A stretch of 64,000 bases of DNA from Octopus sinensis. Taxonomy: Eukaryota. The translations under genes and the position numbers were made by a program. The DNA lies in assembly GCF_006345805.1 (NCBI RefSeq), contig NC_042997.1, forward strand, positions 91,822,001-91,886,000, read 5' to 3'. The notes under the pieces are model-generated. The model was not told the origin of the DNA, did not search any database, and was given only the letters and a program-made list of their open reading frames with translations. This document shows, piece by piece, positions 38,210 through 50,916 of this stretch (positions are counted from its first letter, which is position 1; each line of letters begins with the position of its first letter).

Positions 38210-39320
38210 GGGTAGCTTTCCTTTGTTTAGTGGCTATGGTGAAAGAAAATGTGTGGTAGACTTACTCAAAAGGTTTAAGGATTGGTATTTTCCTCTTTGG
38301 CCATGCTCCCTTCAGCTTCTTCAAGGACAATTCAATAAGAAAGGTGAGGGTTGAAAGGGAGCTGTAGCGCGTTTAACGAAAGGTGGATGGTAGTAGCAAA
38401 ACGGACAGGCTGACTATATCTACCTTTTCTAAGCATTTCTAAGTAGAAGGAAAAACTAGGAGAGGCACTATTGATGACTTAGCAGTAGTAGAGCAAACCG
38501 GGCTTTTTGTACAGAGTTTCTCCCCGAATTAACCCAGTTGGTTTCCCCCACGTATGGGGTCAATTCTCTTGTTGAAAATATAGTTTTTGTCGACCTCAGT
38601 TTACTCAATGTAAACCCTACATTTTTCATGTTCGTGCTTCATCGTCGTTTTATCTTTATTGTCTTTAATATATACCAGTCAAGAACTGGGCTGATTTAAT
38701 TGATTAACACCATCCCTCAAAACAGCTGATATCGATCCCAGTTTTCGATTAGTACTTCATTTTATCGAATTCAGGATTATTTCTGACATAGGCACAAGGC
38801 CAGCAGTTTTGAGGGATGGTGTTAATCAATTAAATCAGCCCAGTTCTTGACTGGTATATATTAAAGACAATAAAGATAAAACGACGATGAAGCACGAACA
38901 TGAAAAATGTAGGGTTTACATTGAGTAAACTGAGGTCGACAAAAAACTATATTTTCAACAAGAGAATTGACCCCATACGTGGGGGAAACCAACTGGGTTA
39001 ATTCGGGGAGAAACTCTGTACAAAAAGCCCGGTTTGCTCTACTACTGCTAAGTCATCAATAGTGCCTCTCCTAGTTTTTCCTTCTACTTAGAAATGCTTA
39101 GAAAAGGTAGATATAGTCAGCCTGTCCGTTTTGCTACTACCATCCACCTTTCGTTAAACGCGCTACAGCTCCCTTTCAACCCTCACCTTTCTTATTGAAT
39201 TGTCCTTGAAGAAGCTGAAGGGAGCATGGCCAAAGAGGAAAATACCAATCCTTAAACCTTTTGAGTAAGTCTACCACACATTTTCTTTCACCATAGCCAC
39301 TAAACAAAGGAAAGCTACCC
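38210..39320. repeat. 1.1 kb near-perfect palindrome (arms 38210-38723 and 38806-39320)
   Basis: Only a 1-base T-run difference seen; the 82 bp spacer is made of SINE A remnants. Confidence 0.95.
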
Positions 39321-40430
39321 GCCCTTCCCTGCTAAAGGAAATTGGTATGTTGATATTCATTATACATTCAGCTGATAGCCGGATTTATCCTACATGCAAC
39401 TTCAACTGTTCGACATAAACCCACATGTCAGCATTGCAAGAACATTAAATGATAGCGTGCAGGTATGTTTTCTCGGACAGGTTAGGCTGTTAACAATTCC
39501 GTGCTTATGGAGCTTGTTTCAAATAGGTAATGCCCCATTCACACCTGTGCACTCACATCTACCTGCAGTAGTACTATACCAAGGACATTCAGAAGATATC
39601 CATAGTTTTTAACTTGCAAGCTCTTCAGAAGAGACTGCTCAAATAGTTCTCGTCGGCAACCTGAGCCACCTCAAAGCCTTCTTCGCTGAAAGCCTCCGCT
39701 AACCCTCTATAAAATGCGAACGATGTTTTCCCCACGACAGTAACGTCAAACTGGTACAGTGCGTGTCTAGCAGCATTCTAGTTGCTAAATGTCTCCATCG
39801 ATCCGCAATAAATCCATAATTGACCATTTAGGGAAAGGTGTGTAGCACAAAAGGCGCCCACATCTTTTCACTTTCATTTTCGTCATCTTCGTTACAGTGA
39901 ACAAGATATTTCTATGAGCCTGGGCATCATCAGCGGCGGTATCCCGACACCATCATGGACTGAATGTTGGCATCAGATTGATTTCATGATCAGCTGAACT
40001 TTCTCTTGTATATAAGTAGTAGAAAAGCATACCTTCTAGTTTCTCAGATGTTTCTTGAGACTTAATACGACAGTCAGACAATAGTGTATTACCAAGGTGG
40101 TGCAGTATTAGCGGCTTCTTCCGACTATTCGGAGACTACTTCCTCTCGGCGCATTTCTGGATGATACTGGCCATTCTCCTCTGCATCTCTTCCCATTTCC
40201 TATCCAAATGGAAGTCTGGTCCAAACCAGAACCGTATCACCCAAATCAGGCCCTCAGTCTACCAACAGAAATCTTGACGGTGACGTTGCCCGCGTATACA
40301 GACACGGCTCTCCTGCGACCCAATTTGAGTGGGATGCCCTTGAAAACTCCATTCTCCATAGCAATGGCTTATGAGCCATACGGGGTTGAAGAAGAGAGGA
40401 AGCAGCCTTAATGAGTCGACTGTTCGATGC
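39060..40430 (-). pseudogene. second Tx1-like LINE ORF2 3' part
   Basis: Similar to 35850-36400; its 3' end forms the right palindrome arm. Confidence 0.75.
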
Positions 40431-40679
40431 TAAACGTTTCCAAGAGATGGTGATTAGCTTAATTTGACCAACAAAGACAGCTACAACAAAAACAACAAAT
40501 ATGATGATGATGACGGCAACGACAGTGATGATTTCTTTATTAACCACTAAGGGTTTACAAAAGGATCAAAGATAGTACAGGACGATACAGTTCAATATAG
40601 TGTGGGGTTTCATATTAACGTGTAAACAGTAAAATAGCAGAAACCTATCTGGCCATGAGAAAATATTATCTTGCGTGGA

Positions 40680-40800
40680 AACAAATTTGGGGAAGGGAGA
40701 TAGTCAATCATATAGATTTGGGTAGTACTTGAAATTTATCGACCCCTGAAAGACGAAAGATTAAATTGACATCGGTGGAACATAGAACGGAAGGGACGCA
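40680..40800 (-). mobile_element. degenerate SINE family A
   Basis: TTTATCGACCCCTGAAAGACGAAAG core. Confidence 0.65.
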
Positions 40801-42098
40801 ACTCCATACCGCTTCAAGGGAGACAACTTGCACTTAAAGGTACACTTGAAAATATTTAAGTCAGATTTTTAAATTACCTTAAAAATTTTCAATTACTTTT
40901 GCATTTATAAAGACATGGCTGTTTATACTTGTCAATGCTGAGCCTTAAAACTCTTGTATGTAACGTTACATGGAAATATTTTCTTTATCTTATGTATCTG
41001 AGGTAAGCAAGCTTGAATTTTTTTCAATAGCGCAATAAACCAAACACAGCAGACAACTTTAGAAACTATATAACAACAAATTCAGCTGAGAATAGTCGAT
41101 CAAAGTTTTCTAGGACGGTATCGTCTACTCAACTGCAACACGTTCTATTACTCAGATTGTTATATATGTCATGAATTAATAGTGCCTCTAGGTAGTTCTG
41201 CCTGTTCCTTTTAATTTTTAATGGGTTAAAAAATCGTGAGTTAAGCGTTCTTTCTTTGAGATGAAAGTGGGTGCTCACTGAAAGCGTATGTAAGATTATA
41301 AATCAGTACATTATTTTAAATAACTGACCTTTACTTCGCACATCAATTTCATATGCATTAACTGCAAAACGTATGTGAGCACATACACACTTAGAACTTC
41401 AAGAGAGTAGTGCTGTCTGACAGGGCTGTCATCACAGCATCATAGGACTCCAGGCAAACCAATAAACTGGATACACTACATTCACAGCAACAGCATACAT
41501 AGATTAGCACTGGGTTCCCTGGAACTGTGGGAGGCCCTAGTGACAGTATAGTGGCCTGAAGCCTTTAAACAGTACTGTTTACAGATTAAGTTTCTGAAAA
41601 TTGTCCCTAATACTCGGCAAGAAGCGTCTTCTTTGTGTAATTACATCAAATACCAAAGTAATATTCAGATTATCATCATTCATGCATTAAACAAACCCTG
41701 TATAATGCGTGACTGTATTATCCAGTTAGTGCAATACTGTGGGAGCACTTGGCAATACTCTAATGGCTAAGCTCCCATCTTCAGTTTATATTTTATTCAA
41801 TCCAATACTAGAGCTGTTAAAAAAATTAATGGAAAAGCTTCTTAACGAATTAATGTAATACTGACTTTACTTCAAGCTAAGAATACTATGAAGGTGAATG
41901 ACAATTCAGTGTCCATAGCTGATGAAACATAGTGATGAAGAAATACATATCCTCTGGCCTGATGATATCATTCATAGCCCAGTTGTGTTTTTCTCATATT
42001 GTCTATAAGGAGAAATTTTTACCTCAGATAATTTCCTGCAGTGAAAGTCTCTCCACATTTGAATGTACATAAACATGTTAAATATAACTGTACGAATT

Positions 42099-42147
<49 letters not shown>

Positions 42148-42150
<3 letters not shown>

Positions 42151-44046
42151 TATGGAGAGAGTCATAGCCCAATTAATTAAGGAGAGAGTTAGTCTAGATG
42201 AGATGCAGTTTGGTTTTGTACCAGGTAGAAACACCACTGATGCTATATCTCTGGCTTTTGTTGACTTGGAGAAAGCTTTGACAGAGTCCCCCAATCCCTT
42301 ATCTGGTGATCAATGTGAAAACTAGGGATAGACAAGTGGTTGGTGGGAGCTGTACAAGCCTTGTACAAGAACACTACCAGTAACATAATGGTGGGCAATG
42401 AATACAGCAAAGAACTCAGGGTACAAGTAGGGGTTCACCAAGGATCGGTGCTCAGCCCCCTCTTGTTCATCATAGTCTTCCAGGCAATAACAGAGGAATT
42501 CAAGACAGGCTGCCCATGGGAGCTCCTCTCTGCCGATGATCTTGCTCATATAGCTGAATCACTATCTGAACTAGAGGAGAAGCTTCAGGGATGGAAGCAA
42601 AATCTAGAATCAAAGGGCCTTAGAGTTAACCTAGCAAAAACCAAAGTCATAAGTAGGAAGGCAAAGAAATTACAAATCTCTTCCGGTAGATGGCCCTGCT
42701 CAATCTTTAGAAAAGGTGTAGGTAGAAACTCCATGAGATGCACCCAGTGTAAGCTTTGGACACATAAAATATGTAGCAACATCAGAGGAAGATTAACAAG
42801 GAAACTATCTTTTGTATGTGGAAGGTACACAAGTACAATAAATGCTGAAAATGCACAGCAAATAGCCACTGTCAACTGCCAGGGGGGCAAGCTAGAGGTA
42901 GCAGATAACTTCCGTTATCTAGATGACCAAGTTGGTAGTGGAGGTGGATGCTTCAAGAGCATAGCTGTAAGAATAAGATTAGGCTGGGCAAAGTTCAAAG
43001 AGCTCCTATCCCTGCTGACAATAAAGGGCCTCTCTCTCAGAGTGAAAGACAGATTATTTGAAGCCTGTGTGCAAAAAGCTATGATGCATGGTAGTGAAAC
43101 ATGGGTTATGGCAGCTAAGGACATGTGTAGACTTGAAAGAAATGAAACCAGAATGCTTTGCTGGATATGCAATGTCAGTGGTGCATGTTCAACAGAGTGT
43201 AAGCATCTTGAGAGAAAAGTTAGGCATAAGAGGAATCAGATGTGTGCAAGAGAGAGGACTGCCCTGATATGGTCATGTGATGTGTATGGACGAGGACAGT
43301 GGTGTAAAGAAGGGCCAATCTCTAACCGTGGAAGGAATTTGTGGTAGAGGTAGACCCAGGAAGACATGGGACGAGGTGGTGAAGTACAATCCTCAAACTT
43401 TGAGCCTCACAGAGACAATGACTGGTGACTGAGCTTTGGCGATGTGCTGTGCTTGAGAGGACCCATCAAGCCAAGTGTACCTGTGCTGGTGGCATGTAAA
43501 GAACATCTTTTGAACGTTGGGCCTCACAGAGGCAAAGTGGCTGAGTTCCTTTCAAGCATTGGACCTCACAGAAGCAAAGTGGCTGAGTCCCTCTCAAGTG
43601 TTGGGCCTGACGGAGGCAAAGTAGCTGAGTTCCTCTCAAGCATCTTTCGAGTGTTTGGCCTCGTGGAGGAGAGGTGGCTGAGCTCCTTTCAAGCATTGGG
43701 TCTCACAGAGGCAATGACCAAGACCTTTGGCACTGAGTTGTGCTTGAGAAGAAGACCCATCAAGCTGAGCAAAATTGGAGTTGTGGCAGATACCGGTGTC
43801 ATGCAAATTGGCACCTGTGCTGGTGTCATATAAACACACCTTGGTGTCATGCAAATGGTATCCTTGCCAGTGGCATGTAAAAGCACCCATTACATTCTTG
43901 GAGTGGTTTGCATTAGGAAGAGCATCAAGCTGTAGAAAACCATGCCAAATCAGACTGGAGTCTAGTGCAGCCTTCCTGATTGCCAACCCAGTGAAACTAT
44001 CCAACTCACCAGCATGGACAACGGATGTTAAATGATGATGATGATT
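42148..44046 (+). mobile_element. RTE-clade LINE, 5'-truncated, (GAT)n tail
   Basis: VGVHQGSVLSPLLF, LLSADD, LESKGLRVNLAKTK, HGSETW; frameshifts; the 3' UTR contains GGAAGAGCATCAAGCTGTAGAAA. Confidence 0.92.
43517..43715 (+). repeat. 42 bp tandem repeat in the RTE 3' region
   Basis: Unit TTGGGCCTCACAGAGGCAAAGTGGCTGAGTTCCTTTCAAGCA, about 4.5 copies. Confidence 0.85.
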
Positions 44047-44049
44047 ATA

Positions 44050-44119
<70 letters not shown>

Positions 44120-44120
<1 letters not shown>

Positions 44121-44335
44121 ATGAGGGGGTGCTAAAAAGTTCCTGGCTCTAGGTAAAAGAAAATACAGGAGGATCAGTTAATTATGATTTTATTCAACAT
44201 ATTTCCCCATCAGATTCACATACTTAGTGCAGCAGTCCTTCAGTTTCAGTAAGCCCCATGAAAAAACTTGGACACCTGGGCCTCCAACCAGGCCTTTCAT
44301 GGTACCTTTAAAGCCAGAAACTTTACAACACTCTT
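44120..44335. mobile_element. mariner-type terminal fragment
   Basis: TA-TGAGGGGGTGCTAAAAAGTTCCTGGCT TIR-like start. Confidence 0.65.
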
Positions 44336-44780
44336 TTGTATGCATGTGTGTGTGTGTGCGTGTGTGTGTGTGGTGTGTGTGTGTGTGTGTGTGTGCATGT
44401 GTGTGTTGTGTGTGTGTGTGTATGTGTGTGTGTGTGTGTGTGTGTGATTCCCTTTTTCGGGTCCTTCGGGTCCTAAGAAATCGATGAACGAGTCTGGCAT
44501 AGTAAAGCTCATTGGACAAAACCAACCAAATCAAGCGATTTGCCCCTCGTGCAGTCAGATAGGGCTTCCCTTAATTCAGTGGTTGTTATTGTCCGTTTGC
44601 AACACTTCTGAGAGTCGCGATATACCGTCGTGGTAGACGCTGAAGTTCATCCTGCAATCAAGCCCCCACCTCATTTCGAGCAGTCAAGCGAAGTGCCACT
44701 GAAAGGCTACATACATCTACCTGGAATAGAGCATGATGCGTCCCTCATGATTCACCAAAGACTGAAGTGTGATTTGAAAC

Positions 44781-44975
44781 TAGACAACTGGTGTAAGTTT
44801 GTATGCCAGACCACTGAGCTATTCCCATAACTTTGTGGTTAGTCTGGCATAAGAGAATGAAAGAATAAATACCAGGCTTAACAATCATAATTAACAAAGT
44901 TGATTCATTTGACTAAACTTTTCCGGGTGGTGCCCCAACATGTCCATAATACAATCACCGAAACAAGTAAAAGAT
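44781..44975 (+). mobile_element. SINE family B 3' half, degenerate
   Basis: GACAACTGGTGT...GGTGGTGCCCCAACATG...GAAACAAGTAAAAG. Confidence 0.7.
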
Positions 44976-45007
44976 TACATATGTCTATTTAAATATATAT
45001 ATAGATA

Positions 45008-45192
45008 TATAAATGAATATTCTTGTCAAGCAAGTAAGTACACTGGCTTAGCCACATACTTGGAGATGCCAAATGTCTCTAAGCAACCTTAAAAATATTG
45101 TGATACTTTTAAGGTAGCTTAAAGACATTTGGCATCTCAAGTATGTGGCTAAGCCGGTGTACTTACTTGCTTGATCTGAATATTCATTTATA
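45008..45192. repeat. hairpin with 87 bp arms and a 12 nt loop
   Basis: Arms about 92% complementary. Confidence 0.92.
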
Positions 45193-45242
45193 AATGTATT
45201 AATCTTACCTTAACCAGTTTATTACATGCTATATAGATTTTA

Positions 45243-47400
45243 TCATCATCATCATCATCGTTTAACGTCCGTTTTCCATGCTAGCATGGGTTGGATGGTT
45301 CGACCAGGGTCTGGAAAGCTAGGAGGCTGCACCAGGCTCAAGTCTGATCTGACAGTGTTTCTACAGCTGGATGCTCTTCCTAACGCCAACCACTCCGTGA
45401 GTGTAGTGGGTGCTTTTTACGTGCCACTGGCACAGAAGCCAGTCAAGACAGCGCTGGTACCGGCCACATTCAGATAGTGCTTTTTATGTGCCACCGGCAC
45501 AGGTATCACAACTACAATTTCCATTTGATTTTTATTTGATGTTGATGTACTTGACTCAATAGGTCTCCTCAAGCACAGCATGTCGCCCTATGATCCAAGG
45601 TAAGCACAGCAGGCTGTCCTGCGATCCAAGGAACTTTGGATGGGCTGGGGCTGCTATGGGCAGCTGGTGCAGGAAACAGCCATGAACTCACATTATTTGT
45701 CGGGTCTTTGTAGTCACAGCATATCTCCAGAGATCTTGGTCTTTCGTCATTGCTTCTGTGAGGCCCAACTTTCGAAGGTCATGCTTGACCACCTCATCCC
45801 ATGTGTTCCTGAGTCTACGTCTACCTCGGATTCCTTCAACTGTTTGGGAGTGGCACTTCTTCACACATCTCTCCTCATCCATCCATAGTACATGACCATA
45901 CCAGTGCAAACATCTCTTTTGCATGCCACATCCAAGGCTTCTTATGTCCAGCATTTCTCTCAGGGCGCTTACACTCTGACGTATGTGCACACTGACATTA
46001 CACATCCAGCGGATCATGCTAGCTTCATTTCTTTCAAGCCTACGCATGTCCTCTTCACTCACAGCCCATGTTTCACTACCGTGAAGCATGGCAGTTCACA
46101 CACATGCATGATACAATCTACCTTTCACTCTGAGCGACAGACCCTTTGTCACCAGTAGGGGTAGGAGCTTTCTAAACTTTGCCCAGGCTATTCATATTTT
46201 AGTGGTAATGCTCTCTGAGCATCCACCTCCACTACTAACTTGGTCACCTAGTTTCTCCCCCTGGAGTGTGATGGAATCTATTTTCTGAGTATCTGTAGTG
46301 TCTATTGCCCCTGTGCATCTGCCGCACACAAAAGCTATCTTCTCGGTTGATTTTCCTTTGATGTTGTTGCACCTCTTATGCATTCATAGCTTACAATGGG
46401 TACATCTTATGGAGTTTCTACCTACACTTTTTCTACAGATCGAGCAGGGCTACCTACCTGAGGGGATGTGTGATGAGTTCGCCTTCCTACTTACTATAAC
46501 TTTGGTCTTTGCTACATTGACTCTAAGGCCTTTTGATTCTAAACCTAGCTTCCACACCAGAAATTTCTTTTCTAGTTCCGGTAGTGATTCTGCTATGAGG
46601 GCCAGGTCATCAGCATAGAGGAGCTCCCAGGAGCAACCCATCTTGAATTCCTCTGTTATTGCCTGGAGGACTATGATGAATAAAAGGAGATTGAGGGCTG
46701 AACCTTGGTGGGCCCCTACTTCTACCCGGAATTTTTCACTATACTCATTGCCAATCCTAACCTTACTAATGGCCTCTCTGTATAGGGCCTGTACAGCCCT
46801 TATTAACCATTCATCAATCTCCAGTTTCCACATCGCCTACCAGATAAGGGGGGACCCTGTCAAAGGCTTTCTCCAAGTCCATGAAAGCTAAGTAGAGGGG
46901 TTTATCTTTAGCTAGGTATTTCTCCTGCGGTTGTTGAACCAGGAATATGGCATCAGTGGTGCTTCTACCCGGAACAAAACCGAACTGCATCTCATCTAAG
47001 CAGACTCTCTCCCTAATGAGATGGGCTATGACCCTCTCTGTGACCATCACCTGATCCAGCAATTTGATGCCCCTGTAGTTATTTCTATCTAGAGCATCAC
47101 CTTTACCCTTGTAACAGTTGACTATGGTGCTACTACACCAGTTATTGGGTATGACTCTGATATGAACTACCTGGTTTACAATGCGGGTGATTAGGCCATA
47201 GCCCACTCCACCAGATGTTTTAAGCATCTCAGCAGTGATTTGTAATGGGCCGGGGGCTTTTCCTGGCTTCATACCCTTAATTGCTTTATCTACTAGGGAG
47301 CTGTCTATTGGGATAGCTGGTCCCTCTACTGGGTCAACATTTGCTAGGCTCTCCTCCTCCCATTCATTCTCCACATTCAGCAGTCTTTCATAATGACTTC
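45243..47400 (-). mobile_element. RTE-clade LINE, 5'-truncated and internally deleted
   Basis: NYRGIKLLDQ, QFGFVPGRSTTDAIF, DLEKAFDRVP, LLYADD, HGSETW; (GAT)n tail at 45243. Confidence 0.92.
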
Positions 47401-47444
47401 TTCAAGCAAGTGCACCATCATATATAGATTTTATCCTGAATTTT

Positions 47445-47498
<54 letters not shown>

Positions 47499-47584
47499 CA
47501 TACATACACATACACACATACATACATATAAATAGATAAATAGATAGATATACATATATGTATATATATACATATATATATCAC

Positions 47585-47885
47585 GTGATCACATGACTGA
47601 CCAGACCATCAGATGTTGCTACACATCGCTGGTCACAATGCGTTCGCATTGTTTTAGCCTTCGAACGATGCCACCCCACTGGCTAAGCAAGCAGGCCAAC
47701 AGAAGAAAGAGTGAGAGAAAGAGTGGTGAACGAGTACAGCAGGGATCACCACCCCCTGCCGGAGCCTCGTGGAGCTTTTAGGTGTTTTCGCTTAATAAAG
47801 ACACACAACGCCCGGTCTGGAAATCGAAACCACAATCCTCCGACCACATGTCCGCTGCCTTAACCACTGGGCCATTGTGTCTCCA
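47585..47885 (-). mobile_element. tRNA-derived SINE, family E
   Basis: Head TGGCCCAGTGG ... GGTTTCGATTTCC followed by a non-tRNA body. Confidence 0.8.
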
Positions 47886-47904
47886 CACACACACACACAT
47901 ACAT

Positions 47905-48062
47905 ACAATGGGCTTCTTTCAGTTTCTGTCAACCAAATCCACTCATAAGATTGGCCTGAGGCTATAGCAGAAGACACTTGCCCAAGATATCACACAGTGG
48001 GACTGAACCTGGAACCATGTAGCTGGTAAGCAAGCTACTTACCACACAACCACTCCTGCACC
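47905..48062 (-). mobile_element. SINE family B 5' half
   Basis: Head and core; CpG positions mostly decayed. Confidence 0.85.
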
Positions 48063-48205
48063 TACATATATATATATATATATATAGCAATTAAGGACAG
48101 CTACTTAATAAGGAAAACTTAACAAGAAATTGTCAGGTAGATAGCGTGAAAGCCTCATAAGAGAAAAAATTTCGAAAATAATTATTTCTTATTGAACATA
48201 TTAAT

Positions 48206-48285
48206 TTATATATAGAGGGCATTATACATCCATGCCAGATGGCATGTACGTATAATGCCATCTGGCATGGATGTATAATGCCCTC

Positions 48286-48294
<9 letters not shown>
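48206..48294. repeat. perfect hairpin, 40 bp arms, 9 nt loop
   Basis: TTATATATAGAGGGCATTATACATCCATGCCAGATGGCAT and its exact reverse complement. Confidence 0.95.
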
Positions 48295-48343
<49 letters not shown>

Positions 48344-48449
48344 GCAGGATGTGTGTGTGTATGTGAATGTAATTAATGCACATCCACATATTAGTATGCA
48401 TGTCGTTTCAGTTTTAGGACGACATTGGTCATGACCATGGTTGTGTTTT

Positions 48450-49240
48450 TGTCAACTTATTTCTCCGAGGCACCCGCGGATAGCAGTAAAAATCGATTTT
48501 CAACCATAACTTTTACCAATTTCCATGTTGGTGAAATCCATGTTTGCTAACATGAGTTAAGTCCCCTGTCTAGCAATGACGCAAAAGAAAAACAACGAGT
48601 AAATTTTTAGATTAACATCCACACGATTTTCACTACGAAAAACAAAAAAAAAATTGGAGTTTTTTGTGTGGAATCAAGTACCCTTACCTTCTAATATGCT
48701 GCAAATCTTTTATTTTGGTTCGGAAAAAAAGTGGAGTCGGGGACCCCCTCCATCCCGGCATCATTGGAAATATTTTTTCGTTGAATGAATTACTGTGATC
48801 TAATATGCTACAAAACCGTTTTGGGGTCCGAAAAACAGGGTGAGGTGAGGTGGAAGCCTCGGAAATTTCACACACACCCCCACCCTGACCTCCTGATATG
48901 CTGCAAATCCCGTAAATTTCACTCCCACCCCCATTGATCTTTTTCACCCTCACAATTTCCATTATTGGAAAAAATTAAAATCGGATTTTTTTTGGCATGG
49001 AATGAAGTACCCTGATCTCTTAATATGCTGCAAATCCCGTATTTTCGTTCAGAAAAAAGGGGGTGGATGAGGGGGACCCCACTTCCTGGAATCATTGGAA
49101 ATTTTTTTTTTTTTATGCTGAATGAATACCTGTGACCTAACATGTTACAAAACCCTTGTTGGTGTCCGAAAAAAGGGATGGGGTGAGGTGGAAGCCTTGA
49201 AAATTTTACTCACTTCCAACATTTTACAGAAATAAATTTT
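48450..49240. mobile_element. non-coding element with about 329 bp internal tandem units (HINE-like?)
   Basis: GAAT.AAGTACCCT...ATATGCTGCAAATC...GGTGAGGTGGAAGCCT at 48671 and 49000. Confidence 0.5.
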
Positions 49241-49259
49241 CCAGAGTGTGAATTACATC

Positions 49260-49765
49260 TTTCATGGCATGCATGGGAAGACCCGGCAGGACAAGTGAGA
49301 CCATAACCCGTGGCCTCTACCTGGGACGTAGCCAGCCCACTTATGCATACCTTTCCTTCTTGTGACACAAGCCCTACTTGTGAAGACCTGTTGAGGCAAG
49401 CGAAAATCAAAAATGAAATCGTTCAACATCAATGGAAATTGTAGCTGTGATACCAGTGCCAGTGGCACGTAAGAGAGCCATCCAATTGTGGCCATTGCCA
49501 GCCTCATCTGGCCCCCGTGCCGGTGGCACGTAAAAAGCACCATCCGATCGTGACTGTTTGCCAGCCTCGTCTGGCACCTGTGCAGGTGGCACATAAAAGG
49601 AACCCACTACACTCTCGGAGTGGTTGGCGTTAGGAAGGGCATCCAGCTGTAGAAACACTGCCAGATCAGACTGGGCCTGGCGCAGCCTCCTGGCTTCCCA
49701 GACCCCAGTTGAACTGTCCAACCCATGCTAGCATGGAAAACGGACGTTAAACGATGATGATGATA
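49260..49765 (+). mobile_element. RTE 3' UTR-only copy
   Basis: GGAGTGGTTGGCGTTAGGAAGGGCATCCAGCTGTAG, CCATGCTAGCATGG, (GAT)n tail. Confidence 0.85.
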
Positions 49766-50139
49766 TATATAGTAGAGAATATGACATTTATATTGTGTGT
49801 GTGAGTGTGTGTGTGTTTGTGTGTGTATTTATATATAATACCGTGCATGCATATTTACATGCATAATTCCAAGAGAGTTAGAGGTTGTGAATCCAACCAG
49901 CTAAGGGATAATATCTATATCCAATATACTGCTGGTAGAAAAACCTAATACACAAGTGTTTTTTCATTGCGTGGCATTTACACTACTGAATGTAATAAAT
50001 GGGTGAGAGTAAGAAGTTTTTTCACCCTTAATTTATACAGCAATAAGAAAATGGAGGGGATCAAGAGGTGGTGTGCCAACAGAGAGCTTATGAAGTATTT
50101 TGCCTGGATTGATAACCTCTCACTAATAGCTCTGTTATG

Positions 50140-50197
<58 letters not shown>

Positions 50198-50869
50198 TAA
50201 CAAAATGGAGGGGATCAAGAGGTGGTATTCATCAACTTTTAGGCATTATATTATGTCTGTTTATTTATTTAAAAAAAATACTTATAACTGTATAACAATA
50301 TACATACATGTATAACATATTATGCTTTACATATATAACATATAAAAATACCAGTAATTATTAAGATATATAACATAGAGCATGGAAAGTAGGGTAGTCT
50401 CTCACAGCTGTTTCACCCAAGAGGACATAGTACCTCACTCTACTTCCATCCCTTCACTGAACTGAAGTATTTGGTAGATAAGATTAAGGTTTTTGGATGT
50501 GCCTCTGGGCTTTGTCAGAGAGTTTAGAAAGTTCATAAGGTTAAGTTATAAATATAAATACATACATATATACACACTTTTACATATACATACATATACA
50601 CATATCACATAGAAGAACATATCACATGTTTATATGAATATATATATATGTTTGTGTATAATTATTATAATTATACAAAAAGAAAAATATGAACTACAGC
50701 AATAATCCTCCCTTCTCAACATATGTAATATGTATGTACCTATGGGTATGTTTATACGTATATATATATATATATGTGTGTGTGTATGTGTATGTATATA
50801 TATATATATGTATATATGTATATATATATATGTGTGTGATATGTGTGTGTGTATATGTGTATGTATATA

Positions 50870-50914
<45 letters not shown>

Positions 50915-50916
<2 letters not shown>

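Noticed and set aside
41400-41560. Minus-strand VPGNPVLIYV resembling GPCR TM1
   Set aside because: The following residues do not form a 7TM pattern and the frame closes quickly.
41915-41975. Two CTGATGA motifs
   Set aside because: No stem II or GAAA geometry.
43517-43715. Regular repeats as a possible CRISPR array (also 54165-54620)
   Set aside because: Head-to-tail units without unique spacers, inside LINE 3' regions of eukaryotic DNA.
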